64,000 nt of DNA from NCBI GenBank assembly GCA_964617735.1, contig CAZTXT010000001.1, positions 532,776-596,775 of the forward strand, written 5' to 3'. A program made the translations under genes and the position numbers. Within the stretch, counting starts at the first letter, position 1, and each line of letters opens with the position of its first letter. The notes under the pieces were generated by a model. The model worked only from the letters and a program-made list of their open reading frames with translations. It was not told where the DNA came from and did not search any database. The stretch comes from an uncultured Candidatus Saccharibacteria bacterium. Its GTDB lineage: Bacteria > Patescibacteriota > Minisyncoccia > Phycocordibacterales > DSPV01. This document shows positions 19,934-28,893 of this stretch, piece after piece.

Positions 19934-21817
19934 ATGAAAATCGTTACCGTCACAACGATAGACCGGAATCATCAGAAAGGCCCGCTGACCTACTTTACCG
20001 CTAAGGATGTCTCGGTCGGCGACGTGGTCGCCGTGCCAGTACGGAAAAAGACCGTCTATGGGCTTGTGGAGGGCCTCGAAGAAGCATCGAAAGAAAAAGC
20101 GGCGATAAAATCTTCGGCATTCGGTCTCAAAAAGATCTCAAAGGTCGCCACTCCCCCTCCCTTCTCTATGTCATTCGTCGCGGCTGCGCGAATGACTGCA
20201 GAATATTACGCGACTTCGACCGGAGCAGTACTCTCTGCCGCGACGCCTGATCGCCTGATACATCGCCTGGGATTTCAAAAGGCCCCGATCGAAGAGAACA
20301 ACATCGCTCCGAATGTCGCGGTGCTCCAGGCGAATGACGCAGACCGCTATGCGCATTATCGGTCCTGCGTGCGTGAGACATTTAGTCACGTACGATCGGT
20401 ACTGATACTGGTACCAACGATACAAGATGCTGACACGATATCGAGCATTCTATCAAAAGGGATCGAACCCTACGTCCATATTCTGCACAGCATGCGATCG
20501 GTAAAAGAAATCAATACGTCGCTTGCTGCGCTCAACAACGAGCAACACCCGCTTCTCATCATCGCAACACCCGGCTTTATGGCGCTCGCTCCGAAAGGGA
20601 TCGAGGTCATCATCATCGAGCGCGAGAATTCTTCGGCATACAAACAAATGGTGAAGCCGCAGATCGACTTTCGTTTTCTGGCGCGCGCATTCGCGCAAAA
20701 AGCCGGATTACGCCTCATCATGGGAGATGCCGTACTCTCGCTCGAGACGCTGAATGCGGTTTCGGAGGGACTATACGCCGAGCTCATACCTCTACCGTGG
20801 AGAATACCGTCGAAAGCAAGCGGAGAACTGGTCGACATGAAAGCGTACAAACCGGACCTCCGCGGAGTCTCCGAAGCCCTAAGTCCGGAGCTCAAAGCCC
20901 TGATCAAACGAACTCGTGAGAGCGGCGATCGGACGTTCATTTTCGCGGGTCGCAAAGGCCTCTCTCCGGCAACGATATGCGGGGACTGCGGGGAGTTGGT
21001 GCTCTGCGAGCGATGCGGGACAACGCTCACCCTTCACAGCAGCAAGAACCAAAAACGCTTCTACATTTGCCGACGCTGCGGATTGAAAAAAGAACCGACA
21101 TTGCGATGCAAAAACTGTGCGAGCTGGAAACTCACGACGCTTGGCATTGGAAGCGAATTGGTCGAAGCCCAAGTGGCTAAAGCCTTCCCCGATCTCACGC
21201 TCATAAGGCTCGACAAAGAGTCGGCCAAAAACCGTACCGAGGTGCTGAAGCTCGTTGAGAAATTCTATGATTCTCCCCGAAGCGTCCTGATCGGCACCGA
21301 ACTCGCGCTCGGATATCTGCAAAAGCCCGTGGGCGCTGTTGCAGTGGCATCCCTCGATGAATTCTTCTCTATCCCCGACTTTCGAATACACGAGCGGATA
21401 TTCTATCTTCTGTTGAGATTACGCGGTCTTGCCGAAAAGAATTTTCTCGTGCAAACCCGTCATGGCGAGCTACCATTGATCACTGCCGCGCTTGAAGGAG
21501 ATCTCAGCGATTTCTATCACCGCGAATATGAGATCCGAAAAATACTCTCCTATCCCCCATTCTCCGTCATAATATCGATCTCGGCGCCTGCAGAACCGCA
21601 TGCGACGGAAAGATTCAGAGAGCTGGCGAGACAATTCCGACCTTTCATTTTCGATACATTTCCCCTGCTCATCGCAAAAGGAAAAGGAAAGCCAGTGATC
21701 TCCGGAGTCGCAAAGATCCCGCGGAGCGCTTGGCCGAACCCGCGAGTGTTAGCTATACTGCATACACTCCCGCCTTCCGATATGGTCATCGTCGACCCCG
21801 AAAACTTCATCTCATGA
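19934..21817 (+). CDS. priA: primosomal protein N' (PriA) with degenerate helicase motifs
   Basis: LTYF/VAVPVRKK 3'-binding domain; four CxxC Zn knuckles, GIGSE, PDFR, YPPF; next to def-fmt. Confidence 0.88.
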   Translation: MKIVTVTTIDRNHQKGPLTYFTAKDVSVGDVVAVPVRKKTVYGLVEGLEEASKEKAAIKSSAFGLKKISKVATPPPFSMSFVAAARMTAEYYATSTGAVLSAATPDRLIHRLGFQKAPIEENNIAPNVAVLQANDADRYAHYRSCVRETFSHVRSVLILVPTIQDADTISSILSKGIEPYVHILHSMRSVKEINTSLAALNNEQHPLLIIATPGFMALAPKGIEVIIIERENSSAYKQMVKPQIDFRFLARAFAQKAGLRLIMGDAVLSLETLNAVSEGLYAELIPLPWRIPSKASGELVDMKAYKPDLRGVSEALSPELKALIKRTRESGDRTFIFAGRKGLSPATICGDCGELVLCERCGTTLTLHSSKNQKRFYICRRCGLKKEPTLRCKNCASWKLTTLGIGSELVEAQVAKAFPDLTLIRLDKESAKNRTEVLKLVEKFYDSPRSVLIGTELALGYLQKPVGAVAVASLDEFFSIPDFRIHERIFYLLLRLRGLAEKNFLVQTRHGELPLITAALEGDLSDFYHREYEIRKILSYPPFSVIISISAPAEPHATERFRELARQFRPFIFDTFPLLIAKGKGKPVISGVAKIPRSAWPNPRVLAILHTLPPSDMVIVDPENFIS

Positions 21818-22338
21818 CAACCATCGTACAAAAAGAAGATCCTGTCTTACGAGAAAAAGCGGTTGAGGTGCCGAAAGAGTCCCTGTCCTCGGCCCGCATC
21901 GTACGGATCATCAAAGCCATGCAGCAGGCGCTTGAATCGCAGGCTGACGGCGTCGCTATCGCGGCGCCGCAGATCGGAGAGAACCTCCGGATATTCATCG
22001 TCTCTAAACGGGCGTTCCAACTTCAGGGAGAGAAGTCGGAGGAATTGAACGAATCACCCGCGCATGATCTCGTCTTCATCAATCCGCGCCTGATGAAACT
22101 TTCCCGAAAGAAAGAATGGGTTGAGGAAGGATGTCTCTCGGTCCGATGGCTCTATGGGCACGTTCAGAGGTCTGTCAAAGCATCCGTCCGGGCATACGAC
22201 GAGCGGGGAAAGATATTCGAGAGGGGCGGCAGCGGCATTCTTGCACAGATCTTCCAGCACGAAATGGATCATCTCGACGGCATGCTTTTCATCGATAAAG
22301 CGAAGGATATCCGCGAAGTCCTTCCTGAAGAATCGTAA
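21814..22338 (+). CDS. def: peptide deformylase
   Basis: GVAIAAPQIG, EGCLSV, QHEMDHLDG. Confidence 0.96.
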   Translation: MTTIVQKEDPVLREKAVEVPKESLSSARIVRIIKAMQQALESQADGVAIAAPQIGENLRIFIVSKRAFQLQGEKSEELNESPAHDLVFINPRLMKLSRKKEWVEEGCLSVRWLYGHVQRSVKASVRAYDERGKIFERGGSGILAQIFQHEMDHLDGMLFIDKAKDIREVLPEES

Positions 22339-22339
22339 T

Positions 22340-23188
22340 ATGCAAAAACCGCGCATTGTCTTTTTTGGGAACTCGAAATACTCGGTCATCGTCGAACGTG
22401 CTCTCCACGAAGCATTTGGATTGGCGTTGGTGGTTACTATCCCCGACCGTCTGAATTCGCGCAAAGAGAAGGTCGAAAGCCCCGTAAAGCAGTTCGCACA
22501 GACGCAGGGCATCGATGTCATCGAAGTAGATAAACTCTCCTCCGATACGATCGAGCAGATTAAAAAATATAGACCCGATTTTCTCGTCGTCGCCGACTAT
22601 GGACTCATCCTTCCTCGGTCTTTGCTAAGAGTTCCTGTTTTTGCGCCACTCAATGTCCATCACTCTCTGCTTCCAGAGCACCGCGGGCCTTCCCCTGCCC
22701 CTGCTGCGATCCTAAGCGGCCAAAAAGAAACGGGGGTGAGCATCATCGTCATGAATGAGCGCGTTGACGCAGGCGATGTGCTCGCCCAAATCCACTATAC
22801 CCTTCCCGAGGACGCGACTACCGATCATCTGCTCAATGAGCTCAATACCCTCGGTGCGAATGCGCTGATCGATACCATCAACGCGTATCGGGCGGGAACC
22901 GTGCACCCTATCCCTCAAGACGAAACTAAAGCTAGCCATACTTCATTGCTCTCAAGAGAGGATGGCGAGATAAATCTTCATGACAGTCCCGAGCTTAATT
23001 GGAGGAAAATACGCGCTTTCGGAACTTGGCCGGGAACGTATTTCATTGCAGTTCGCGGCACGAAGCGCGTGCGCGTAAAGATCGCGCACGCGCGCTTCCA
23101 CGACGGAATGCTTACTATCGAGCGCGTAATCCCCGAAAATAAAAAGGAGATGTCTTTCGAAGATTTCGAACGCGGCTATTTGCCTTGA
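22340..23188 (+). CDS. fmt: methionyl-tRNA formyltransferase
   Basis: IVFFG, VADYGLI, NVHHSLLP, RGPSP, DAGDV. Confidence 0.94.
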   Translation: MQKPRIVFFGNSKYSVIVERALHEAFGLALVVTIPDRLNSRKEKVESPVKQFAQTQGIDVIEVDKLSSDTIEQIKKYRPDFLVVADYGLILPRSLLRVPVFAPLNVHHSLLPEHRGPSPAPAAILSGQKETGVSIIVMNERVDAGDVLAQIHYTLPEDATTDHLLNELNTLGANALIDTINAYRAGTVHPIPQDETKASHTSLLSREDGEINLHDSPELNWRKIRAFGTWPGTYFIAVRGTKRVRVKIAHARFHDGMLTIERVIPENKKEMSFEDFERGYLP

Positions 23189-23382
23189 ACTACCGGCAGT
23201 TTCTTATGCATTTGAGCCGGCACTGAATTGGACGACTGGGTGCTCTCTTCAAACGCATACCAGCCTTCAGCAGTTTGATTGACCTCTGCGGCAAAATGGA
23301 ACATCCAGGCAGTTCCCAGGGTAAGAAGGAGGAGTATCAAAAGAGAGGTGGTATTCGAGAAACGATGGTTGAGATAATTCAT
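23176..23382 (-). CDS. small single-TM protein
   Basis: ATGA overlap with the hpf stop; one TM segment. Confidence 0.55.
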   Translation of the reverse strand: MNYLNHRFSNTTSLLILLLLTLGTAWMFHFAAEVNQTAEGWYAFEESTQSSNSVPAQMHKKLPVVQGK

Positions 23383-23759
23383 GACTGTCGTTTCCACCAC
23401 GGGATACCCTTGATGAAAGCCTTGACCTTCTGACCTCCATGACGGATCAGCGACATGCGCTTCCCTTTTTCAGACCGCAATTCATCCATCATTTGATCTT
23501 TGGCCGCATCGATGGAGGAATGAAGGTCCCCGGTCTCCTGCACTGCACGAAAATTCTTCTGGCCGATATGGATATTGATCTCGGCGCGATAGATATCGCC
23601 GGAGTGATGATGTTTGGTAGTTCTGCCGATCTCAACATCAAGGAACGCGTCTTCTGAATGGTGCGCGGTTAACTTTTCAAACGCCGCCAACCGCTTCTCT
23701 AGGTACTCCGCTATATCGGGAGTAAGGGTGATATTCGTCGTTTTTATCCTTGTTCTCAT
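23379..23759 (-). CDS. hpf: ribosome hibernation factor HPF/RaiA
   Basis: NITLTPDIAEYLEKRL, YRAEINI, DLHSSID. Confidence 0.88.
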   Translation of the reverse strand: MRTRIKTTNITLTPDIAEYLEKRLAAFEKLTAHHSEDAFLDVEIGRTTKHHHSGDIYRAEINIHIGQKNFRAVQETGDLHSSIDAAKDQMMDELRSEKGKRMSLIRHGGQKVKAFIKGIPWWKRQS

Positions 23760-23782
23760 AAAAAAAGTATAACAGAAAGGAC

Positions 23783-24028
23783 TTAGCGGCGCATCATCAC
23801 CGATACTATTTTAGCGGATGAGCGATGCCCCTTGACGATGCTAATTCCCACGCGGCCCCCAAAATATCGATGCAGCAACGCGAGTACCCGCCGGTTAGCC
23901 GCAGCATGTCGAGCGGGTTCGCGAACAGAGATCTCGAACGCATCAGGTGCGCACTCTGCGAAGGATTCTTTCTTCGCGCCCGCCGTGACCTTCACCTTCA
24001 ACAGCTTTCTATCGCGATCCTCGCGCAT
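23783..24028 (-). CDS. DUF167/YggU family protein
   Basis: VKVTAGAKKE, VREPA..AAN, IVKGHRSSAK. Confidence 0.8.
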   Translation of the reverse strand: MREDRDRKLLKVKVTAGAKKESFAECAPDAFEISVREPARHAAANRRVLALLHRYFGGRVGISIVKGHRSSAKIVSVMMRR

Positions 24029-24584
24029 AGCGACCCATGAGAGATGCCTGGGCGATCACATGTCCTTGCATCGCCGCTTCGATCTGCCTTCTCGAAGCAC
24101 CGCTGTGCAGATCGAGAGCAACATCCAGCGCATAGAGCGTGAAGATGTAGCGGTGGCTTCCGCTCGACGGGCAAGGCCCTCCATAACCCTCCCTCGACCA
24201 CGAATTGAGGCCGCTCGTCCCCGGAATCGCCGCGCCAGCGGGCAATGAAGCGAGAGAATCGTCATGGGCGTTGATATTGAAAAGCAACCAATGATCCCAT
24301 CTGCCACTCGAAGCGTCCGGATCATCCATAATAAGCACGAGTGTAAGCGCCTCGTTCGGAACACCCGTGATAGAAAGCGGAGGAGAGGTGTCGTCCCCAT
24401 CGCAACTATAGCGTGACGGAATCGCGCCGCCGTCCGCAAAGTCCGTACTGCTCATGCGCATCGTAGTGGGGAGAATGTTGTTCGAATCAGTGCTCACGGT
24501 TCTAAAATTTCTGAAATAAATGAGAATTATCGATCCTAAAACGAGTATAACGAGCACTCCCCTATACCATCTCTTCATGCTCAT
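24009..24584 (-). CDS. YbhB/YbcL Raf-kinase-inhibitor-like (PEBP) protein
   Basis: YSCDGDDTSPPL, DDPDA, WDHW, YGGPCP, HRYIFTLYALD. Confidence 0.92.
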   Translation of the reverse strand: MSMKRWYRGVLVILVLGSIILIYFRNFRTVSTDSNNILPTTMRMSSTDFADGGAIPSRYSCDGDDTSPPLSITGVPNEALTLVLIMDDPDASSGRWDHWLLFNINAHDDSLASLPAGAAIPGTSGLNSWSREGYGGPCPSSGSHRYIFTLYALDVALDLHSGASRRQIEAAMQGHVIAQASLMGRYARGSR

Positions 24585-24605
24585 GCATCATGCTTAGTGG
24601 GTAAT

Positions 24606-25184
24606 TTACATTTCCGCCTGGGGATGTTCTACCAGCTGAACTCCGATCCGCCGTTCGAGCTCTTGCCGAATATTCTCCGCCACATCACGATCTATGGGAT
24701 CGAGCACGCCATCGCTTTCATCCCTCTCCCCTGGTGCTTCTTGGCCTGCAGTCGTGATGATCACTTTACTGACACCCAAGAGCCGATAAAAGAGACTGCG
24801 ATCAACGTTGACGTCCTGGATCTGGCGGTACGGGATCGAGATTTCTTTGATGTTGAAGATCCCCTTTCGGATCTTTATATCATACAGCTCAAGCATGAAG
24901 CGGTAATGGTGATAGATAAGCCAGCTGATCCCGATTTGGAGCGCGATAAGCAGCACCGAAATGAGAAGGAGTGCCCATAAAGAACCGCTGATCCACCCTG
25001 CGAGGGTCGAGGGATTGACCGCAGCAGAAAGAGCGATCCTTCCAAATTGAGCAGTGATCGAGCCGCTCAATCCCCACAACACCAAAGCTCCTAGGAAGAG
25101 GATGCCCGGCCCAGAAACCCGCTGTAAAAGCAGCAGGAGGAATGAACGGGGACCCAGGTAATTTTCTTCGCCGAGATTGATCAT
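24606..25184 (-). CDS. membrane protein with bacterial PH domain (YdbS-like)
   Basis: two TMs, then KGIFNIKEISIPYRQIQDV...RLLGVSKVIITTAG. Confidence 0.85.
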   Translation of the reverse strand: MINLGEENYLGPRSFLLLLLQRVSGPGILFLGALVLWGLSGSITAQFGRIALSAAVNPSTLAGWISGSLWALLLISVLLIALQIGISWLIYHHYRFMLELYDIKIRKGIFNIKEISIPYRQIQDVNVDRSLFYRLLGVSKVIITTAGQEAPGERDESDGVLDPIDRDVAENIRQELERRIGVQLVEHPQAEM

Positions 25185-25186
25185 CG

Positions 25187-25393
25187 TTAACGATCTCTAC
25201 CGCAACAGGTGCACTTGTAGGCAAACGCTTTATTGAGGCCGATGAGGATAATAATGGTCGGCCATGCGATCGAAACGGTTTGTGTAGAAAGAACGCCGAC
25301 GGCTTCGAGTAAGAAAGCAAGCCCTAAAAGCGTTATAAGCCCGGGGACGACCTTATGATGCGGACATCTGCATACCCCATTTTGTGTATCCAT
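25187..25393 (-). CDS. small 2-TM protein with Cys/His-rich termini
   Basis: CRCPHH - TM - WP TM - CTCC. Confidence 0.7.
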   Translation of the reverse strand: MDTQNGVCRCPHHKVVPGLITLLGLAFLLEAVGVLSTQTVSIAWPTIIILIGLNKAFAYKCTCCGRDR

Positions 25394-25456
25394 GGTAAAA
25401 AATGTTACCGTATAAAGAGACCCATTTTAGCATAGGATTGCAGGGGGCAAAAACGC

Positions 25457-25489
25457 TTCATGAAGCATTCATCGAGCGCGGCGTAGACT
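25457..25489 (+). promoter_or_regulatory. OmpR-type direct repeat plus -10 (site 1)
   Basis: TTCAT(25457)-N6-TTCAT(25468)-N11-TAGACT(25484). Confidence 0.65.
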
Positions 25490-25538
25490 ACTGTGTAGAG
25501 CACCATAGGATTGCTTTAGCAATTATTAAATGCTCATT

Positions 25539-26213
25539 ATGAGAATACTTGTTGTCGAAGACGAAGAGAAACTTGCGGATGCGATCGCCCGGGGGCTCAA
25601 GCATGAAGGATACGCGGTAGATACGATCAACGACGGGAAAAAAGCACTGACGCGCATTTCCCTGTACCGGAAAGATTACGATCTTATCATTCTCGATCTG
25701 ATGCTACCCTCCCTCGACGGTCTTTCGATCTGTAAGCAAGTACGTGAGTGGGAGATCACGATACCGATACTCGTCCTAACCGCGCGCAATGAGACCGAGA
25801 CGAAAGTGGAACTCTTACTCTCGGGTGCGGATGATTATCTGGTGAAACCGTTCTCGTTCGAAGAACTGCGGGCGCGCTTACATGCCCTCTTGCGGCGACC
25901 GCACGAGACGATACCTGAACTTCTTAAGGTAAAGGATATCGAGCTCAATCCGGTTGAACGGAAAGTGCGCCGGAACGGCTCCGAGATATCACTGACGCTC
26001 AAAGAGTTCGGGTTACTGGAGTACTTCATGCGCAGACCCAACGAAGTCATCAATCGCGAAGATCTGCTCACCCATCTGTGGGACTTCAATTATATGTCAT
26101 TTAGCAATGTGATAGACGTGCATGTCAAAAACCTCCGGAGAAAACTCAACGATAAAGACAATCCGGGCATACTGGAAACGGTTCGTGGCATTGGTTACCG
26201 CCTCCGTCAATAG
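25539..26213 (+). CDS. OmpR/PhoB-family response regulator
   Basis: MRILVVEDE, LDLMLP, LTAR, GADDYLVKPF, C-terminal ETVRGIGY. Confidence 0.95.
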   Translation: MRILVVEDEEKLADAIARGLKHEGYAVDTINDGKKALTRISLYRKDYDLIILDLMLPSLDGLSICKQVREWEITIPILVLTARNETETKVELLLSGADDYLVKPFSFEELRARLHALLRRPHETIPELLKVKDIELNPVERKVRRNGSEISLTLKEFGLLEYFMRRPNEVINREDLLTHLWDFNYMSFSNVIDVHVKNLRRKLNDKDNPGILETVRGIGYRLRQ

Positions 26214-27279
26214 ATACCGCACCGATCTTTTCTTCAGAACAGAATGTAACATCATTGCGCTTCAGATCGCCTTTTCCCTTTTGCTCATTGCTATTGTAGG
26301 AGTCATCTTCTCCTATCTCTATTATGATATCTCCAACACGATCGTCGCGGGGATACGAGAGAGCTTGCGGACGAACGCGGACCCTCTGGTAAGCGGCACC
26401 ATGATCCTGCAGCAACTCCAGGACCTTAAGATACATAATCTCCTGCTTATCGTGATCATCAGCACGCTCTTGACCATCGCCTTCGGCTACATCATCGCTC
26501 GGGTCACGCTGTTCCCTGCCCGCAACGCACTTACATCACAAAAACAATTCATCGGGAATGTAGCGCACGAGCTGCGTACGCCGCTTTCTATCATCAAAAC
26601 GAATACGGAGGTGGCGCTTATGGATATGAGCGTAGACAAGCGATTTAGGCTCATGACCAAAAGCAATATCGAAGAGCTCGATCGCATCTCTCACATCATC
26701 AATAACCTCCTCACCCTAAGCGCATTCACCCAACCCGAACGGATGGAGTTCGTCACGATCGATCTCTGCCTTATCGCCTCCGAGGTAGTGAAAAAACTCT
26801 CCGGCCTCGCCGATCGAAAGCACCTTGAGCTGACCATTCGCAAGTGCAAGAACGCAATGATCGTCGGGAATCCGGCGGCACTCGATCAGATCATCTCGAA
26901 CCTCCTCAAAAACGCGATCAACTTCACGCCGGAGAGAGGTCATGTCAGCGTCACCATTGAAGCGCGCTATAACACCATCGAACTGACCATCAAAGACTCG
27001 GGGGTCGGTATCGCTCGGAAAGACCTGTTCAGGATATTCGAGCCTTTCTACCGCGCTGATCTCTCGCGCAACCGCCAGCGCGGCGGCAGCGGCCTAGGCC
27101 TCGCTATCGTCAATGAGCTCGTCAAACTACATCATGGCAAGATCGTCATGCAGAGTGCCATGGGACAAGGCACCACGGCAACCGTGCTCTTCCCTAAAAT
27201 CAAGTACGCGCAGGAGAAAGAGGGGGCGGGCGAACGCAAACAGCTCAACGAGATCGAAGTCGATTTCACCCACTACTGA
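26185..27279 (+). CDS. membrane sensor histidine kinase
   Basis: two TMs; AHELRTPL, NLLKNA, DSGVG, FEPFYR, GSGLGL; start uncertain (26122 or 26185), overlaps the regulator. Confidence 0.93.
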   Translation: MALVTASVNRYRTDLFFRTECNIIALQIAFSLLLIAIVGVIFSYLYYDISNTIVAGIRESLRTNADPLVSGTMILQQLQDLKIHNLLLIVIISTLLTIAFGYIIARVTLFPARNALTSQKQFIGNVAHELRTPLSIIKTNTEVALMDMSVDKRFRLMTKSNIEELDRISHIINNLLTLSAFTQPERMEFVTIDLCLIASEVVKKLSGLADRKHLELTIRKCKNAMIVGNPAALDQIISNLLKNAINFTPERGHVSVTIEARYNTIELTIKDSGVGIARKDLFRIFEPFYRADLSRNRQRGGSGLGLAIVNELVKLHHGKIVMQSAMGQGTTATVLFPKIKYAQEKEGAGERKQLNEIEVDFTHY

Positions 27280-27667
27280 CACCCCACAATCTTCATTCTT
27301 CTTTAACCGATCCATTAATATATTCTTCACGGTCCCTCTGCTATCGTGTGGTCACCTTCGTCGAGATCTCTCTGCACTGTCGATATAGAGAACACGACGG
27401 GAGTTTATGAAGTTTTTAAATGAATCCCATCCAATGTGAAAAATAACTCATAGCAACACACCTCTATGATCTAAAAAGAGTCGCAATCTCCAGGGACTTA
27501 AAGAATCATGCGATGATGAACGTTTTGACTGACCTGTACGAGCATCTCGTAGATAATACTCCTAGTATCACTGCCGAGCATGTCGCTACTATCATTTCGG
27601 GAATATGGAGCTCGGCAAAGGCATCGCCGCTAACCGCGGCGATGTTTTTGTATGCTAAAATGGCAGC

Positions 27668-27939
27668 ATGGATCAGGGGAGTGATAAAAAGACCCTCTTA
27701 CGGGGCGAGTTCAAGAAGCGTGTTGCGGGATATATTCTCGCCGGGCTCGGGCTCGTCGCCGGTCTTGCATGGAATGACGCGATAAAAGCGTTGATCGATT
27801 CCCTCTTTCCTTTCCGGTCAGCAAAAGTTCGCTACTTGCAAAATTCATTTATGCGCTCTTATTGACCGTAGTCATCACTGCCGTCGCGTTACTGTTGTTT
27901 AGAGAAGGATCGAGCGAAGGAAAATCCGACGAGCGCTAA
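27668..27939 (+). pseudogene. DUF5654-like 2-TM protein, frameshifted
   Basis: AGLGLVAGLAWNDAIKALI continues as AKFIYALLLTVV in another frame; TTTCC is duplicated at 27806-27815. Confidence 0.75.
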
Positions 27940-27951
27940 GGTGAGATAAAG

Positions 27952-28893
27952 TCAGAAGAGATCGCGCGTAAGTTCAGGAAGAGAGAGGTTGACTTCAAAA
28001 GTCGAGGTATCTCCGACGTTTACATATAGCGAGAGCGTGTCGGTCTGCCCCTGTTTGACCACTCCGCCGCATGCATACACAACACGTCTAAGGCGTGGAT
28101 GCAATTGCGGCGCGAGCGAGCGCCCGCGTTTGTCGACAAAATCATCCGGAGTAAGAATCGGCTCCGGCGAGACCTTAAGCGTAAAAACGCCCTTGACCCG
28201 TTCAAGGCGCGCTTTCCCCAGGCTATAGATATAGCGACCACTCTGCCGCGCGATGCCGTGAAAGATCATCAGCGCCCGATTATCATCCAACCATATCGGG
28301 GGAAGCGCGGTTCCAATGCGCCAATGCGCCCAAGGAAGGTCGGTCGGGAATGAAAGATCTTGTATTTTTCGAGGAACCAGATTATAGAACGAGAATGTCA
28401 GGAGCGTATGCGAATACCCTTTCTGCTCGGGTCTACAGAAAAACGTGTGCGAATCGATAGGAGTGATGTTCTTACCCGGACCGAACCGTTCGACGACGGT
28501 AATGGCCGGAAGGACATCCTCACGCCAGGCGCGGCTGCTCAAACGCGTCAGGGCTGGATAGGGCTGATAGCCGCGTTTATCGCGCAAAAGCGCGGTAAGA
28601 CCGATAATGACCGAACCATCATCAAGAGCAAGAGCACGCGGATCCTCAAGCCAAAGACTATCTCCTGCAGGCTCCCAGACAACGTGCTCGCGCACTACCT
28701 TCCCCGCTTCATCGAACTCCGAGAGCACGAGACGCCCGAAGTCCGGGGTCTTTATATTGCGCGCCGCCTGTTCGACTTCGCGCATCAGCATGAAAAGTCC
28801 ACCGCTCGATGCATCCTGCCACGCCGCGACATTGTACCGCGCCGTTTTTATCCCTGAGAACAGATTCTTACTGTGTATGATATGGTGAGTCAT
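27952..28893 (-). CDS. GH130-like beta-propeller glycosidase/phosphorylase
   Basis: YNVA, LEDPRA, GKN, IGTALPPI, IFHG, VVYACG; ATGA-coupled to the GT4 gene. Confidence 0.75.
   Translation of the reverse strand: MTHHIIHSKNLFSGIKTARYNVAAWQDASSGGLFMLMREVEQAARNIKTPDFGRLVLSEFDEAGKVVREHVVWEPAGDSLWLEDPRALALDDGSVIIGLTALLRDKRGYQPYPALTRLSSRAWREDVLPAITVVERFGPGKNITPIDSHTFFCRPEQKGYSHTLLTFSFYNLVPRKIQDLSFPTDLPWAHWRIGTALPPIWLDDNRALMIFHGIARQSGRYIYSLGKARLERVKGVFTLKVSPEPILTPDDFVDKRGRSLAPQLHPRLRRVVYACGGVVKQGQTDTLSLYVNVGDTSTFEVNLSLPELTRDLF

Noticed and set aside
27407-27424. ATGAA repeats downstream of the kinase
   Set aside because: 13-nt period, not 11
27513-27785. 90-aa ORF overlapping the DUF5654-like gene
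   Set aside because: No motif, and it overlaps a better supported frame
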